Notes under the pieces: model-generated
What the model was told of the DNA's origin: nothing
Seen by the model: the letters and a program-made list of their open reading frames with translations, nothing else
Database searches by the model: none
Position numbers and translations under genes: made by a program
Part shown: positions 61,796-64,000 of the stretch, one piece after another
Layout of the letters: each line of letters begins with the position of its first letter
How positions within the stretch are numbered: position 1 is the first letter of the stretch
From: an uncultured Conexibacteraceae bacterium
GTDB taxonomy: Bacteria > Actinomycetota > Thermoleophilia > Solirubrobacterales > Solirubrobacteraceae
Assembly: GCA_963832195.1 (NCBI GenBank)
Contig: CAWHTH010000006.1
Coordinates: forward strand, 331,974 to 395,973
Direction of reading: 5' to 3'
DNA length: 64,000 nucleotides

Positions 61796-61801
61796 TACCC
61801 C

Positions 61802-64000
61802 ATGCGCGACTTCCTGGCCGCCACGCGTGAGCGTGTCGTCGTCTTCGACGGCGGCATGGGCGCCACGCTCGAGCAGTTCGACTTGACGCAGGCCGACTAC
61901 GGCGGGCTCGAGGGCAAGTGCCACGAGGCACTCATCCTGCAACCGCCCCGACGTCATCCAGGGCGTGCACGAGTCGATGGTCGAGGCCGGCGCCGAGGTC
62001 GTTGAGACCGACACGTTCCAGGCCAGCCGCCTCAAGCTCGAGGAGTGGGGTCTCGGCGAGCACACGCTCGAGATCAACCGAAGGCAGCAGAAATTGCGCG
62101 CAAGGCCGTCGGCGAGGACCGCTTCGTCGCGGGCTCGATCGGCCCGACGGGCCACCTCCCCGCCTCCGACGACCCGACACTCGGCAGGATCACGTTCGCC
62201 GAGCTCGTCGAGGTCTTCACGCAGCAGTCCCAGGGCCTGCTCGAGGGCGGCGCCGACCTGCTGATCATCGAGACCGCGCAGGACATCCTCGAGGTCAAGG
62301 CTGCGGTGTTCGGCGCGCGCGAGGCGTTCAGGATCACCGGCCGCAGCGTGCCGATCCAGACCTCGGTGTCGCTGCTGCCCAACGGCGGCAAGATGCTGCT
62401 CGGCACCGACATCAGCGCGGTGCTGGCGACGCTCGAGGCGCTGAACGTCGACGTCATCGGCCTCAACTGCTCGACGGGCCCCGAGGACATGCGCGATGCG
62501 ATCCGGTTCCTCGGGGAGTTCTCTCCCCTTGCCGGTCCACTGCATCCCGAACGCCGGCCTGCCGCTGCAGGGACCGCGCGGCGAGACGATCTTCCCCGAA
62601 GAGCCGGAGCCGCTGGCCGCGACGCTCGGCGAATTCGTCGAGCGCTACGGCGTCTCGATCGTCGGCGGCTGCTGCGGCACTACGCCCGACCACATCCGCG
62701 CGATCGCCGAGCGCTGCCGCGGCGCGCGCGACGACTTCACCCGTCCCGCCCGGCGCGAGCCGTTCGTCTCCTCGATGATCGCCGCGACGCCGCTCGTGCA
62801 GGAGCCACGGCCGACGCTCGTCGGCGAGCGCGTCAACTCGCAGGGCTCGCGCAAGGCGAAGGAGCTGCTGCTCGCCGACGACTACGACGGCCTCCAGCAG
62901 ATCGCCGAGGATCAGGTCGAGGGCGGCGCGCACGTGCTCGACGTCTGCGTCGCGCTGACCGAGCGCGTCGACGAGGACGAGCAGATGCGCCAGGTCGTCA
63001 AGCGGGTCTCGCTGTCGCAGCCGGCCCCGATTCAAGTCGACTCCACCGAGCCCGACGTGATCAAGATGGCACTCGAGCAGATCCCCGGGCGCGCGATCGT
63101 CAACTCGATCAACCTCGAGGCCGGCACCGGCAAGCTCGACGTCGTCGTGCCGCTCGCCGTGGAGCACGGCGCGTTCGTGATCGCGCTGACGATCGACGAG
63201 GTCGGGATGGCGAAGACCGCCGACCGCAAGGTCGAGATCGCCCGCCGCATCACCGAGCTCTGCGAGGACCATGGGCTCGAGCGCGAGTCGCTGATCTTCG
63301 ACGTCCTGACGTTCACGCTCACCACGGGCGACGACGAGTGGAAGCCGAGCGCTGTCGAGACGATCGCGGGCATCCGCCAGGTCAAAGAGGCGCTGCCCGG
63401 CGTGAAGACGTCGCTGGGCGTCTCGAACGTGAGCTTCGGCGTGTCGCCGCCGGCGCGCGCGGTCCTGAACTCGGTCTTCCTGCACCACTGCGTCGAGGCC
63501 GGGCTGGACCTCGCGATGGTCAACCCGAACCACATCACGCCCTACTCGGAGATCTCTGACGAGGAGCGCGAGCTGGCGGACGACCTCGTCTTCAACCGCC
63601 GCGAGGACGCGCTCGAGCGCTTCATCGCGCACTTCGAGTCGCGGGGCGAGGAGGCCCAGGAAGAGCAGGGCGACCCGACCGAGGGCATGGAGCCGGAGGA
63701 GGCCCTGCACTGGCACATCCTGCGCCGCAAGAAGGACGGCGTCGAGGCGCAGATCGACGCGTCGGTCGAGAAAATCGGCGCGGTCCCCACCCTCAACGAC
63801 GTGCTGCTGCCGGCGATGAAGGAGGTCGGCGACAAGTTCGGCGCCGGCGAGCTCATCCTGCCGTTCGTCCTGCAGTCGGCCGAGGTCATGAAGCGCGCCG
63901 TCGCGCAGCTCGAGAACTACCTCGACCGCATCGAGGGCTACACGAAGGGCACGGTCGTGATCGCGACCGTGTTCGGCGACGTACACGACATCGGCAAGTC
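61802..64000 (+). pseudogene. metH: Cobalamin-dependent methionine synthase MetH. N-terminal region carries three single-base indels. Runs past the window end.
   Basis: Hcy domain VVVFDGGMGATLEQ..KCHEALILQPP | DVIQGVHESMVEAGAEVVETDTF..EIN | KAAEIARKAVGEDRFVAGSIGPTG..LNCSTGPEDM..FLGEFSP | LPVHCIPNAGLP..VGGCCGTTPDHIRA. Then an uninterrupted pterin-binding domain (VGERVNSQGSRK, SINLE, GVSNVSFG) and the B12 domain (DVHDIGK at the window end). Confidence 0.85.

Noticed and set aside
61734-61801. Cobalamin or SAM riboswitch upstream of metH
   Set aside because: Only 68 nt are available, and none of the conserved B12-box or SAM-I core sequences is present.
21855-62528. Programmed ribosomal frameshifting as an explanation for the split genes
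   Set aside because: There are no slippery heptamers or downstream stimulatory structures. The sites are plain GGG/CCC/CCCC runs in unrelated genes, including three in one gene. Indel errors or recent mutations are far more parsimonious.

Overview
Very GC-rich bacterial chromosomal window (by eye about 70% G+C or more; not computed). Gene content and protein motifs look like Actinomycetota, possibly Thermoleophilia/Solirubrobacterales; that placement is inference only. I call about 70 protein-coding genes. They are tightly packed, with many 1- or 4-nt stop/start overlaps. I saw no rRNA, tRNA, CRISPR array, transposase or integrase. Housekeeping and metabolic content: FdhF/YdeP-type oxidoreductase plus fdhD; beta-oxidation genes (two acyl-CoA dehydrogenases and a fused 3-hydroxyacyl-CoA dehydrogenase/enoyl-CoA hydratase coupled to a Sir2 deacylase); ACT-malic enzyme; LysE exporter with a divergent Lrp regulator; CAX antiporter; MoxR/VWA pair; TPP riboswitch in front of a thiZXY-like ABC importer; AlkA; amt-glnK-PucR operon divergent from a type III glutamine synthetase; metH. 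Items worth a second look: (1) an accessory-looking block at 43.4-52.7 kb. It holds an orphan ECF sigma gene, four copies of a fixed-spacing promoter motif GGAGAAA-N15-CGTC, a large secreted HEXXH protein, two paralogous secreted proteins (one collagen-like), a STAND NTPase-TPR protein and two gene remnants. (2) A 31-nt palindromic element in three copies, read in the same relative frame inside or at the edge of coding regions. This resembles the in-frame Rickettsia palindromic elements. A related 15-nt tandem array sits inside the LysE gene. (3) A FA2H-like hydroxylase / large GNAT / serine-palmitoyltransferase-like cluster, suggesting a sphingolipid-like or aminolipid pathway. (4) A MlaE-MlaE-MlaF module with no MCE-domain gene, fused in one operon with MMPL, a redoxin-like protein and a solo B3/4 protein. 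(5) A translationally coupled operon: ArsA/Get3-HSP20, small protein, membrane protein, TPR-AAA+. (6) Eight single-base indels and one in-frame stop disrupting otherwise well-conserved genes, mostly in short G/C runs. This more likely reflects consensus errors than real decay, but it needs checking.
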